A stretch of DNA of 63,839 bases, counting the filler, from Vannella sp. (taxonomy: Eukaryota): assembly GCA_023345925.1 (NCBI GenBank). It is 8 parts of 8 records of this genome, joined end to end, with 100 filler letters (N's around TTAATTAATTAA, not from the genome) between each part and the next. Parts side by side here need not be neighbours in the genome. Positions count along the whole stretch, not along the records: positions 1 to 6,914 come from JAJQQN010000484.1; positions 7,015 to 10,815 come from JAJQQN010000666.1; positions 10,916 to 19,993 come from JAJQQN010000637.1; 5 more parts are not named here. One strand, written 5' to 3'. Both the position numbers and the translations under genes were made by a program. Each line of letters starts with the position of its first letter. The stretch's first letter is position 1. The notes under the pieces were generated by a model. That model was not told where the DNA came from. It did not search any database and worked only from the letters and a program-made list of their open reading frames with translations. Below are positions 1 to 11,138 of this stretch, one piece after another.

Positions 1-440
1 ATCTTTAATGCTTTCAAGTACGAGAGAATCGGCAACATCCCTCCCATGCTTTATGTCTGCTGCGGACTGCATCATGCTTTTGCCATGAGAATGGAGGCGT
101 CTGGTCCTGGGGAGACAAGCGACATGTCTATGATGATTCAGGAAGGGAGGGTTATGACACGCCCACTCTGGTCCCTTCTTTGGAAGGAATGAGCGCCTTG
201 GTTGCGGGAGCGTCCCATTCTTTGGCGTTTCCTCAGGCGGGTGCCCTGCTTGTCTTCGGGAGCAATCACTATGGAGAACTGGGACTCGGCCATACGAACA
301 AAGAGATCACCCCCACCTTTTCTCCTTTCCAGCCCGCTCTTCCTTATTCGGCCACGTGCAGAAGAAAGAAGAGTGCCCGTTCCGTAGCACTCCCAGAGGC
401 ACCTATGGGACTCTGCGATGTGATGATATACCAGGTTTGA
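1..440 (+). pseudogene. RCC1-repeat gene copy, 5'-truncated by contig edge, with a frameshift
   Basis: VAGASHSLAF..GALLVFGSNHYGELGLG RCC1 repeat and RRKKSARS tail. Nucleotide-level paralogy with ~2060-2435; frameshift near 80-85 relative to that copy. Confidence 0.75.
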
Positions 441-574
441 TAAACTAGAGGACAAATTGTCTATGAGGAGACCGCAAGCATGGGAGGGATTCGCTGCAGC
501 TCCGAATAGTCTCCAGAATACAGCGCCCCAGTTGGTCACGGGAGTTGTTTCCAGCCGAGAAGACGCCCCCCCTG

Positions 575-665
575 CTTGCGGATTTCATTCTTTAGCGTTC
601 CCGCAAGAACGGCCTCCTGGTCTTCGGGTGGAACCACTTTGGGTAACTCAGTCTTCTCACTTCAC
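575..665 (+). pseudogene. Degenerate RCC1-repeat fragment
   Basis: ACGFHSLAFPQE, then a frameshift, then GLLVFGWNHFG*LS; matches the last repeat of the flanking copies. Confidence 0.65.
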
Positions 666-1284
666 TTGCCCGCAGCACACAGAAGAGTTCCCTCTTCCTC
701 TAACGCACTTCGTGAAGATGCGTGTGCATTGGCTGAAACGAGGACATCTCTTGTCACTAAAGGAGATTGGGACTCCTCCCTATGAACGAGAAAGAAGGAT
801 GCTACCTCATAATAGAGGGTATTGAGGAACGCAGAGGACTGGAGGATAAGAAGAAGTGTATTAGAGCTTCAGATTAGAAACTTTAGTAGAAGGATCCAGT
901 TCTTGGAAGTGAGAGGAAGTATCAAGAACTGGGATGGTAAATTGGTGCGAGACATTCCTTCGTCACCTTACACTCAGTCCTTCTGCTCACAAAAGAAGCA
1001 CCCTTCTGAATGAGAGTGGCCGTTGTCATGAGAGGATTCACGAAAGCGATTTGGCCAACACTGTTGGTAATTCGGTCATTATTTGGATGATGCCCGAACC
1101 AGAAGCCGACTTATGGCACCGCAGCTCTCCCTCCTCTGGAAGCTTGCTCTAGTTTAGCCCCTCTGTTACGGCTATCTAGTCTTCCCCTGTCAACGTTCAT
1201 CATTGGTCTGAAATGAGAGAATGAACGCCCTTATATCGCAACAAGCACTTTTATTCCGGGAACTGAGGGATTTGATGTCCCCGT

Positions 1285-2457
1285 ATGGAGCCCCGTTACT
1301 TCATTCTCATGCCTTTGGGTCACCACACACTCCTCCTCTCTATCGAAAGGGGCCTTTGGGCTTTTGGAAGGAACGATGAGGGCCAACTCGGTCTTGGTCA
1401 CAAGAGTAATGTGCTTCAACCAGTGGAAGTCCCTTGGAATGGCCCGCAGCCGGTTCAGGTGGACTGGGGACACTCACACTCCCTCGTACTTGATGTGGAA
1501 GGAGGTTTGTGGGATGCTGGTTGATCCCGCTCCTCTCCTTTCTCTCTGTTCTTTAACAGAATTATGGACTTGCCATGTACAACCCTGGTGGCTGCTGGTG
1601 AGTCACACAGTGCTTGCCATCGACGCTGAAGGCGGCCTTTGGGTGTGGACCAGCGAGGCAGATCTCTCTTGGGCGCGTTCTCTTCCCCAACGAGTGGAAA
1701 CCCTTCCACCACTTATCAAGGTGGCTTGCGGCTTCGGATTCCTAGTGGCAGAGGCTGAGGAAGGAGAACTCTGGGTTCTAGGCAACTCCAATTGGCTATT
1801 GGGCCTGGTGGCCCTTCAAAGAGAAGCGCCGCAAAGCAGAAGACGCAGACTCCGAACGGGCCACACCCCTATCGAACTGGCCACCCTGACATCGCTCACC
1901 AACCCACCGTTATCTCTGTGAACGGGCGCTCTGAAGGACCCCTTCGATGTCTAGCAGCCCTCTACGATAGCGTGATTCTTATCGACTGGGAAGGAGGCGT
2001 CTTCTCGGCCGGAAACAACTCAATTGACCAACTAGGTCGCTCTTCTGGAAACTATTCGAAGCTGCAGCGAATCAGTAACATCCCTCCCATGCTTGCGGCC
2101 TCCTGCAGGTGGATTCATACTCTCTGTCTTGATGAGGATGGTGGCGTCTGGTCCTGGGGAATGGGTGGAGAAGGGCAATTGGGGACGGGCAACATCTTCA
2201 TTCAGTCCGAACCCACTCTGGTCCCTTCATTGAAAGGAATGGTAGCTCTGGTGGCAGGAAGGTTTCATTCTTTGGCGTTCTCTCGGGAAGGTGGCCTGCT
2301 GGTCTTCGGAACCAATTACTTTGGACAACTCAGTCTCAGCCACACGATCGACCAATCCACTCCCACGCTTTCCCCTGTCCAGCCCGATCTCCCTCATTTA
2401 GCCACAAGCATGAGAAAGAAGAGTGCCCGCTCCGACATGAAGGGACACTTCCCATAA
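1285..2457 (+). pseudogene. Intronless RCC1-repeat (BLIP-II-like propeller) gene with disruptions
   Basis: Repeats LWAFGRNDEGQLGLG, WGHSHSLVLD, VWSWGMGGEGQLGTG and AGRFHSLAF are spread over three ORFs. In-frame TGA at 1522-1524; frameshifts near 1610 and 1790. Confidence 0.8.
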
Positions 2458-2725
2458 ATTTCAATTCTTGGGGCAATACCTCAAGGGAAGGTCGGGTACC
2501 TTGAACTTACGGAAAAAGATGATTGGAAAGGGTTCTCGCAAAAGATGTTTCAGGACCGGAGAGGACAACTGGCTTCCAAGTCCATTACCATTTGGCGCGT
2601 TTGAGGGAGCAGAAGAGCTTTCCCGGTATCATTTGACAAGTTCCTCATTCAGAACTTCTATCAACTAGTGTCCACTCCCTTGGATGGGTTTCTGGCGTGC
2701 ATTTCAGAGAAGAACGCTTTTTTTG

Positions 2726-4468
2726 TTATTGCAAAGAAACGTCTTCTGTCCAGCGAGCCATCTTCTTCCAAAAGGACTTGTCCCACAACTCTGTGATGAG
2801 GCGGAAGCAGCCCACAGGAACATTCTCTTGGGTATGAACCAAAGTGGTCCCTCCCGCCACTCGGGAAATTTCCAAGGTTACTGTGCTCATGTGGCCTGTT
2901 GGCCAGCCCTCCATCACAAACTGAACTTGCTGAACAATCTGACACCCCCTCATGAGCGACCAATGGCCCCAGTCGTCCTCCATTCCTCACCTTCACATCC
3001 GTAACAAGTTCCACATTCTTCCCTGTGATAGCTCCATCCAGCAGCGAGATGTCACTGCCCACTCCACGTCCAATCTCACACTTTGTCTTGGTCAAGCGCC
3101 CGCAAATGGCCGAGTCCGTCATCAGACGGTAGAGAGTGTGCGGGGACAAGTTGTCGAAGAACAATTGCTGCAAGATGTTCCGGATGAGCACGCCCCCCAT
3201 GGGCTTCCAGAAGTGCGCACTCCACAGCTCATCTGTCTTCTTGATGAAAGCGGGAGGCACGTCCTGCTGCAGCATGATGAGCTGGGTGCTGTTCTGTCCC
3301 TCTGGCTCTGCAGTGATACGGACGGTCGAGCTCTTCCCTGTTGGCCAATCCACGTGTCTCCAGCTCTGTAGAAGCTTGCGGTTCGCTTGTACATAGAGAT
3401 TGCTCCCCTCTACAGCTCCATCAAGGTAGGAGAACTTCCCTCCGGGCTTCTCCGAGAACTCTTTGACCCCTCCAGGCCATTCTGGCCCACCTGGTTGTGT
3501 CATTACAGTCCACACCTCTTCAGGAGACTTCTGGAAGAAGACGGTGTGGTACACATCGGGCTGTCGATTGCCCCCTGCGGCGTCCTTCCCCTTCTTCACC
3601 TTGTTGTCGTGAGAGGAGAGGAGCTTCTGCTTCTGAACGCAGTCTGTTACAAAGGCTTCGAACTCTTCGTGGACAAGCTTCCAGCCCTTTGCTGTCTCTT
3701 GGACTCGATTGAGCCATTCGACAAGCTGCCTTGCTTGATTAGTCCTTGGAGAGACACGGGGACGGGTGCTGGATCTCACCTGGGGGAACTGTGAGATGTC
3801 AATGTTGATGACGCGGTAGAACATCAGCTGGCAAGCGACGTGGATGTCTGCAATCGTCAAAGTGCTGCCTGCCAGGAACGGGGATTCGCATAGAAAGTAC
3901 TTCTCGAGGTCTCGTAGGACGTCCATGTAGGCCTTGACCACAGCTCCTATGTCCTCCACGGAGGAGGGGTTCCGTCGCTCCACGAACTGGCACGACAGAG
4001 GAGAGTATCCCACGACCATGGAAAGGACGCTCTCCGTTACCACCTCCAAGTGAGCGTTACTCCAGTCCATCACCATATCCTAGGCACCAATGAGTCTCTT
4101 TGTAACACCGAGAGGGTCTACATACAACACGAGCACGCCCATCAATCTCTTTCGGGTACAACTGGCTCTTTCCGTCGAGTTTTCCAGCAATGTAGCGCAA
4201 CACAGTGCTCCTGTGACATACCCAAACAAGCATAAGTCTCATAGCAACCAAATGCGCATCAGAAGAGCCCGTACCCTTGGATAACGAAGACGCTTTGGTC
4301 CTTCAACACCGGCCAACCGGGCGGAAGGTGCCCCAGCTCGAGCGTCTCGTCCTGGTTGATCTTGTGAAGTGCAAACTTGGCTCCTAACTGCATGAAAAGT
4401 ACCCAAGCAGCTCGTGAGCCTGCATCTACAGGGAACACGAAGAGGTCGACCAGCCGCGGAGGCAACAT
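2726..4468 (-). CDS. Glutathione S-transferase (theta-like N and C domains) fused to two AHSA1/SRPBCC (START-like) domains; ~5 exons
   Basis: GST N domain (SRAAWVLF..WPVLKD..STVLRYIA) and GST C domain (FLAGSTLTIADIH). Two Aha1-C-like units follow: GGKFSYLDGAVEG..LLQSWRHVDWP and ISLLDGAITGKNVELV..EGWP..STVTL. Short GT-AG introns join the ORF pieces. Confidence 0.85.
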
Positions 4469-4536
4469 GGCGACCAGGAGATGCTCCTGCGTCTCCCCTT
4501 TGGTCTGGATATGAAGGAAACACTCATTTGTTGGGG

Positions 4537-6269
4537 ATGCGGGGCTACCTGGTGCTTCTGGTGCTTATGGCGGGTTGTTGGACGGTGCGGGGGCTCGAGC
4601 GGGGCTGGATGGGAGAGGAAGAGAGTTGGGGCAACCTTCCTTCGACTAAAGAGGATGTCGAAGAGGCTGGGGCGTTCAGGAGTACGCCTGATCTCATCGA
4701 TCCGGTCCCCAAGGTGGTAAACATTCATCTTCTCCATCCCCCAGCACAGGATGAAGCTACGAGAGAGGACTACTCACCTCTATACGTAACACATGAGAAC
4801 GTCAAGTTCACCTGCGCTCTGCCGCCCTCGCCGCGTCACTTGAGCGCTCTCTACAAGCCTCTTGACCGCCTCCAAGTCCTCTTTCCGAAGAAAGGAAAGT
4901 CCTCCGTCCTCTCCACTAACGCCATGAAAGACGTAGCTACTCATTTCCTCCCCCTGCAGCCTCGTTGCCACTTTGAAGTGGCCAACACAGTGGGAACGGA
5001 GTATATCTTTCAGCTCTGCTTTGGCAAAGGTACTTTCAAGCGCGGAGAGATCCTCACCTTTGAAGAGGACGATAACCCCGCCACCATCCAAATGACTTGG
5101 AAGAATGTTGTTTCCTTGGCCAACGCCACTCTCGAGGACTTAGATTGGTGGTCCTTTGTAGAAAACGACCCTATTGCTTTGAGTTCTTTTGGTAAGTGAA
5201 TAAGGATACTAGAAATAGCTCTAAAGGAATCTCCAGGCCTTTCAAGTTACTTTTTTCAGTATTTCGGAGACAAAGTTGTTATCCAATACCACTGTGCAGA
5301 GCAATTTAAGTACTTGAGTGTGGAAGAACCTATTAAGGAACACTTTATTGTAGCTCTGGGGTCTCCCCTGGCTTGCACTCACCCTTTCCTCCAACGCATT
5401 CGCGACCATTCTCAACCAATGGATTGCTTTCTTGCAGATGAACTCGCTGAAGAGCCCACCCAAGTAAGTGCATCATTGTTCCTTGGTATGATACTAACGC
5501 TTAGTCAGATAGAGGGACTTTGGAGCATCTTTAACACAGGAGAATCGGGATATCACGGAGAAGTTGCGTTGGCAGCGTTCCAATACTTTGCTTGGGCTGA
5601 CCCTGCGGAAGCGTTTCCTTCTCGTGAGAGTGCTTTTGCTGTGTCTACACCTCAGCTCTACCACGTGGAATGGAATCTTCAGGACCAAAAACCTTACCAG
5701 GGATTCGGGCTGCGGTCCGATGGACACCTCTGCTCCACCTGGAATCCTTCCACGGAGAGTGAGAACAGTCCTGGAATCGCTATTTATAGGCTAAGTGGAC
5801 CGTCCAACGCACTTGACGGATTTTGGTGGAATCCGGACGGCTTTGGGATGGAAGAACTCACTCGCATCCCCACTGATTCCCCTCTTAGTCACTCTTTTGC
5901 AGGTACTTATGCATCAGTGAGGACGGTGGACTCGGTAGAAGGAGGAGTGTCTCACTATGGCACCCTGCAAGTGGACTACGACTCCATTTCGGACTCTTTT
6001 CAGCTCTTCTGGGCTATCAAAGGAGCGGGGACCTTCACTGGAAGAGGAGTTCTCTCTCAAAGCCACCTTTGTGTGGGATGGCGAGGTAAGAGAGAGGAAG
6101 GGGCGTCCCCTTGACTTACTCGACCATTACAGCTTCTCCTGTCTCTGGCGATGGTGTAGTCAGCTATCTTTTAGGTCCAAACTATGCCACTGGTCGCTGG
6201 ATACTCATGGGAACCGAAATGAAGGCCATCCACCGAGAAGATCTCTTCCGCACTCCTCTTTCTCACTAG
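4537..6269 (+). CDS. Secreted/ER protein: signal peptide, OS-9/MRH-like lectin region and tandem beta-barrel repeats; 4 exons
   Basis: Signal peptide MRGYLVLLVLMAGC; YIFQLCFGK and VIQYHC..SVEEP..F.V...SPLACTHP resemble MRH domains. Two repeats of Y.G.v.....W.....G.G.....L...W....G...Y.....G.W.....E.L. Introns 5192-5236, ~5464-5508, 6086-6132. Confidence 0.6.
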
Positions 6270-6423
6270 ATCTTCATGTACTTTATACACTACCTCCATC
6301 TACTCGCTCACCTTTACTTCAAGGTTGTCTAGTACTTGTAGCGAGAGGACCTTCTGGGTCAGATGACTTCTTTGTAATGATTTTTGTCAGAAGGTTGGGA
6401 GGGCAGATGCTCTATTTAGTGGG

Positions 6424-6914
6424 TTACACGTTGTCGGTGCCAGTGGCTCCGTAGCCTTGGTTGTTGTTGGCACCTTCAACTGCGAGAGAAATGGTGAGCA
6501 GACCAGCAGCAGCCAGGACCAGGCAGCAAGAGCAGCAGACACCAACCAGTAAGGAGACCAAAGAGAACAGCCAGAAGAAGAGAGCAGAGCCCCACAGCAC
6601 TTGGTTCTCTGCATTGGTATGGCAAGAGGCGAAACTAGCATCAGAGAAGAGGACGACTCCACCAACGATAAACCAGGGGATAGCGAACAAGCAGAACGCA
6701 CATGAGACAGCACCATCCAGCTTGGGTATCTTGCGGCCTAGCGTGTAAACCAGACCAGTGCACCCAGCAACGAGCAACCAAACACCCAAATCGATGGGCT
6801 CAGCCTCACACGTGTTCAATCCAAAGTAGCCAAAGAGCACTTGCAGACCGTAGAAGATGAGAGAGTAGACAAGGAACACCTTGTCACATATCGAAGCAAT
6901 CCGGGTGGATTGTT
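6424..6914 (-). CDS. Four-TM membrane protein, TMEM272-like, 5'-truncated
   Basis: C....LGVWLLVAG, F.IPWFIVG.V and C.....LW..A motifs; Cys-rich CCSCC after the last TM; ORF open to the contig edge. Confidence 0.55.
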
Positions 6915-7014
6915 NNNNNNNNNNNNNNNNNNNNNNNNNNNNNNNNNNNNNNNNNNNNTTAATTAATTAANNNNNNNNNNNNNNNNNNNNNNNNNNNNNN
7001 NNNNNNNNNNNNNN
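6915..7014. other. Artificial contig linker
   Basis: N44-TTAATTAATTAA-N44, stops in all six frames. Confidence 0.99.
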
Positions 7015-7016
7015 AG

Positions 7017-7856
7017 ACTCGCCCACCAATCCAACCAACTACAAGGGCATGGACAAGACCGGCTCCTACTCAGGAACCTATTGAAGAGCCTCAGCCACCA
7101 GTCCGGCCAAAAAAGAAGTGGATAAGACCAGCTCCTGAGGGTGTACCGATTGTAGAAGCTCAACGACCAGTCCCACCAACTAAGAAGTGGAGAAGACCGC
7201 CTCCTCCTGAAACTCCCAGTGAGACTCCAAGAAGATCAAAAAACACGCGAATCTCGAATTGCAGCAGGTTTGAATGTGAATATTGCTACGAAGATTCTTC
7301 ACAGAGCTTCCTCTTCAGTTGTGGGAGATGTGAACGGATTTGCCTTCCATGCGCTCAAACACATGTCAGAGTTGCAATGGAGAATTCTCATCCTGGAAGA
7401 TGTCCGGGTGGTCATTTGGACCTCAAATACGTTGAGGTTAAGGAGATGGAGCTTGGTGGTAATCTGCTGGCCATATGGAATGAACGTTCGCTGCAAGACT
7501 TCTCCTTTCCGAGATGCGCCAATCCCAATTGTGGCCAACAGCAGAGCGTTCCCGCAGGAGACACTGATTTCACATGTCGCCTGTGCACATTCCGAACTTG
7601 CCTGAAACACAATCGGCTGGCTAATCCCAAAGGGTCTACCACGTGCTGCTCTAGTGAAGAAGAAGACAACCTTTCCCGCAAACTCATCCAATCTACAACG
7701 AAACCCTGTCCAATGTGTCGCGTTCCCATTGAAAAGAATGGAGGCTGCCTCCATATGACGTGCAAATCTCCCGGTTGTAAGTATGAGTTCTATTGGTGCT
7801 GCCTGGCTCCCTATGGGCGAGGCTATTCCCACGGAAACTGCGGATCAACGGAGTGA
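7017..7856 (+). CDS. RBR (RING1-IBR-RING2) E3 ubiquitin ligase, 5'-truncated
   Basis: Frame open from the contig edge. RING1 CEYC..CGRCERICLPC..CP, IBR CANPNC..CRLC..C, RING2 KPCPMCRVPIEKNGGCLHMTC with the catalytic Cys. Confidence 0.9.
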   Translation, partial: TRPPIQPTTRAWTRPAPTQEPIEEPQPPVRPKKKWIRPAPEGVPIVEAQRPVPPTKKWRRPPPPETPSETPRRSKNTRISNCSRFECEYCYEDSSQSFLFSCGRCERICLPCAQTHVRVAMENSHPGRCPGGHLDLKYVEVKEMELGGNLLAIWNERSLQDFSFPRCANPNCGQQQSVPAGDTDFTCRLCTFRTCLKHNRLANPKGSTTCCSSEEEDNLSRKLIQSTTKPCPMCRVPIEKNGGCLHMTCKSPGCKYEFYWCCLAPYGRGYSHGNCGSTE

Positions 7857-8011
7857 AGTATACATTAGAGTCCGTTAAGAAGCCTGCCGCTCTGAAATAG
7901 ACGATATCTTGAGATTCCAGAGATTGGATCCCTTCACTTCCAAACACTGTTCTTCAACATAAGATGGCTGAAGGGGTTTAGGAGAAGAGGTTTAGAGAAT
8001 GTGGGAGAGTT

Positions 8012-10453
8012 TTAAGCAGAATCAAAGCAAAGAGCCAGCTTCACCAGGCGAATCTGGCGGAGGATTTCGACGGCGTCGTCAAGTGACTCCGTGACTTGAA
8101 GTTCTTGGCGAAGCACGTTCAGCTTTGAGCGGACGAGGTCTGCGCCAGCAGCAAAGTTATTCTTGATAAGATTCAAGCTTTCAATGTCAGCAGGCTGAGC
8201 ACCGGCCAAGTCCTCGTCACGAATCTCCTTGTTAAAGTAACGGAGTGTTTGGCTGTTCGGGCGCTCCTGCGCGATGGCGGTGGGAGACTTTTGGGATTTG
8301 TCTTCGACCGTTTGGGAAGCTCCTCGAAGGACTAGCATGCGCGCATAAGTGACGCGGTCATGGAATGCCGCATAATGGAGAGGAGTCCAGCCCCGCACAT
8401 CCGTGGAGAACACTTGGCCTCCGTTTTGAATCAAAAGCTCTAACACGTAGGTCGTCGCAGTCCCTGTAATGACCACGTGGGAGAGAAGACAGACCTTCTC
8501 CGCCGGGTCCCCGACAAAGAAGTTGGGGTCAAGGCGCTGGTTAATGCACTCCATCACCCGATACAGGTCCCCGCTGTTGCATGCCTTCACCATCACTGCT
8601 TGGTGCTCCGCCAAAGTCCCTTTCCACTTGCTCACGAAGCGCTTTTCGTCATATTTGGCCCGAATGAAGGCGTCCCGCACACTTCGGTCACTCGTTCGTA
8701 CTGGCTTCTCCACGCTTTCATCCAGCTCAGCCTCAAAGATGTCATTCCCCTTGGCATTGCCAAAGAACTCCATCAGCTACCCCAGGTCCGTGTCAGCCTC
8801 CCGCGCACTCTGCCTCGGCCTCCACTTACGTGGAAGAGCTCAGGGTTCCACTGGTCCAATGTCAGCGAGCGTACTTTGGAGATGTGCACTCCCAGTGAGC
8901 GATGCACGCCCGAGCACTCGAAGCAGATGAGGACGGACAAGTTCATCAGCCCCCATTCGGGATTGGACTCGCCACAGTCCGCACAGGAGCGGTTGGCTTC
9001 GTGCACTCGGAGGTCCCGGAGATAAGAGAACTTCTCTTGGGTCTGAGGGAGGGAGGTGGTGAGCTACAAGGGGGAAGAAGCCGAGAATGGGCAAGGGACT
9101 TACCGAAGTCATGTTCTTTTGCTCGGCAGAGTCTTGTTGCTTCTTTGTTAGCTGCCATCCGATACCTGCTTCTACTACAGCCACCCACTGGCGGAGATCC
9201 TCTTCATCCAGAGCCTGAATGGTGAGAGACAGCTCAGGGGAGATGACCATCAGCGTGTTGGGGCGATCCGAAGCGACCTGCTTGACCGTACAGAGAAGCA
9301 AGTTAGCACACTTGATAGGGTCTAACTCCTTCCAGGTCCGGTGAAGGAAGAGAAGGCCCTTGTTGACCACCAGCCAGCGTCGAGTCCACGTGTTCTTCTT
9401 CTTCAGGTTAATGTAGCCTTGTTTGAAGTGCAGGTCCAGTTCAATGGGTGTAGGAGCACTTGATGTCACTCGATGAGCAGCAATGACCTCATCTACAGCC
9501 GCATCGCCCTCAATATAGTCCCGTTGGGCATGGACGAGCGAGTTCATCAGCTCCCTCACGACAGGCTCCAGGCGAGAGAGTCGCTGGTGGCCTTCATGAT
9601 AGAAGTGTGCCTCTGCAAAGAGATACGTGCACAAACGCTCGAGGATCTCGAACTCCTTCTTCACCCGAAAGTCCTGCAACTTCGTGGCGAGCGCTAATTC
9701 AGAGGCTTCGAGGGTCTTGCGCGCTTCATCGAGTGTGTTCTGTGTGAGCTTGTTGACAGGCTTGCTCTTGGAAGACTTTGTGCGCGCTACATCGTACTTG
9801 AGCTGCGCCTGGTCGAAGTCCCGGCGAACCGCCTCGGCTTCGTCGCGGATCTTCTCGACCTCTTGCAGGTCGTCCCTTATGAACTGCTCTAGGGGTGAGA
9901 TGAGCATCATACGCATGTTCTCTAACTGTCAATCGTTGTCCCAGGGGCCAATGTGAGCGAGGGCTGGGTGGGAAAGAGGGGGAAGGGACGTTCTTACGAG
10001 CTGACGTCGTTGTTGTTCTACTCCTTGGAGGGTTTCACCTATCTGAGCGACGTCCTTGGCTGTGGGGAGGCAGGAGTAAGCTACGGGTCGAAGGGAGAAG
10101 GGGAACCTGTTTACCTTTGAACTTGATGGCTTCCTCACGTCCCAGGTGGTTCACCACGTCAGCCATACGGGTACCATCACTCACTACAGAAGGAAGTGAG
10201 GAGCAGAAGCAGCTAAACGACCGGACCTACCCGCCCCCGACTCGGAGAAGTTCCTGCAAGCTTCCAACAGCGTCGCGATGTTCTCTCGGAAGCTCTCTAC
10301 TTCAGAAGACAGTCGCCCCATCTCCGACTTGAGGCTTCGCGGTGACAGCGACGCCAAGGGCACCTGCGGGGAGGTAGGGCCGCTCATGTCACCCACCCGT
10401 TTGCGAATGAGGTCTTTCCGGTCCCTTTGGTCAAGAAGCGAAGGCTCATTCAT
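8012..10453 (-). CDS. ACAP: ACAP/centaurin-beta type ArfGAP (BAR-PH-ArfGAP-ankyrin), multi-exon
   Basis: BAR helices, PH ([20 protein letters not shown]), ArfGAP zinc finger [24 protein letters not shown], ankyrin GWTPLHYAA. Confidence 0.92.
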
Positions 10454-10512
10454 TCAAAAGGACTTTACAAAGGGAAGGAGTGAAGAGGAGGGAGGAAGGG
10501 AGCAGGGAACGG

Positions 10513-10815
10513 CTATCGTTTGGACTTCTTCTTCTTCTTGGATTTGGAGTCGGAGGGAGTCGATGTCCCATCCCCTTGGCCGTACTTCTCTCGCATTGCA
10601 GCGTTCTGAGTGCGACTGTGGTCAAGGATTTGCGCGGTCTGGCCTCGGCGGTACTTTTGTTTGCGGTCATCAAAGAGGCTCGTCATCTCCGTCACGGACA
10701 GAAGCTGCGAACTGGTCCCTTTCTTTCCAGAGAACTCTTCCTCTTCGAACAGATTAGCGTACTTGTCCGCCTTACTCGATAAAATATGCTTTCCCAGCAA
10801 CGTGAACATGCAACC
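10513..10815 (-). CDS. 3' end of an uncharacterised gene (possibly PTTG1IP-like tail), truncated by contig edge
   Basis: Open frame ending ..AAMREKYG..SKSKKKKKSKR*. Confidence 0.5.
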   Translation of the reverse strand, partial: GCMFTLLGKHILSSKADKYANLFEEEEFSGKKGTSSQLLSVTEMTSLFDDRKQKYRRGQTAQILDHSRTQNAAMREKYGQGDGTSTPSDSKSKKKKKSKR

Positions 10816-10915
10816 NNNNNNNNNNNNNNNNNNNNNNNNNNNNNNNNNNNNNNNNNNNNTTAATTAATTAANNNNNNNNNNNNNNNNNNNNNNNNNNNNN
10901 NNNNNNNNNNNNNNN
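10816..10915. other. Artificial contig linker
   Basis: N44-TTAATTAATTAA-N44. Confidence 0.99.
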
Positions 10916-11138
10916 CAAAATGTTGCAAACAACATTTCAGCTACAAAGGGTCCTTGTGGGATAATCACACTTCAAACTCTTCATCTGAAGAGGAGATATC
11001 ACTCTTTGAGGAGGGAGTCGTGTCTGAGGTTGCAGGAGCGGTTTCAGTAACGATATGGGGGACCGGAAGGGTTTCCGCTAGGAAATTCGCTAATTCTTCT
11101 TCCAGTTCGGCGGATGCCTCTTCATTTTGGCTATCCAT
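10916..11138 (-). CDS. 5' exon of an unknown gene with an acidic N-terminus, truncated
   Basis: MDSQNEEASAELEEELANFLAETLP..SSSDEEFE followed by a GTGTGA donor-like site. Confidence 0.5.

Noticed and set aside
1522..1524. In-frame TGA in the RCC1 gene as stop-codon reassignment or selenocysteine
   Set aside because: TGA, TAA and TAG all terminate intact genes here, Trp is TGG throughout, and the same gene also has frameshifts.
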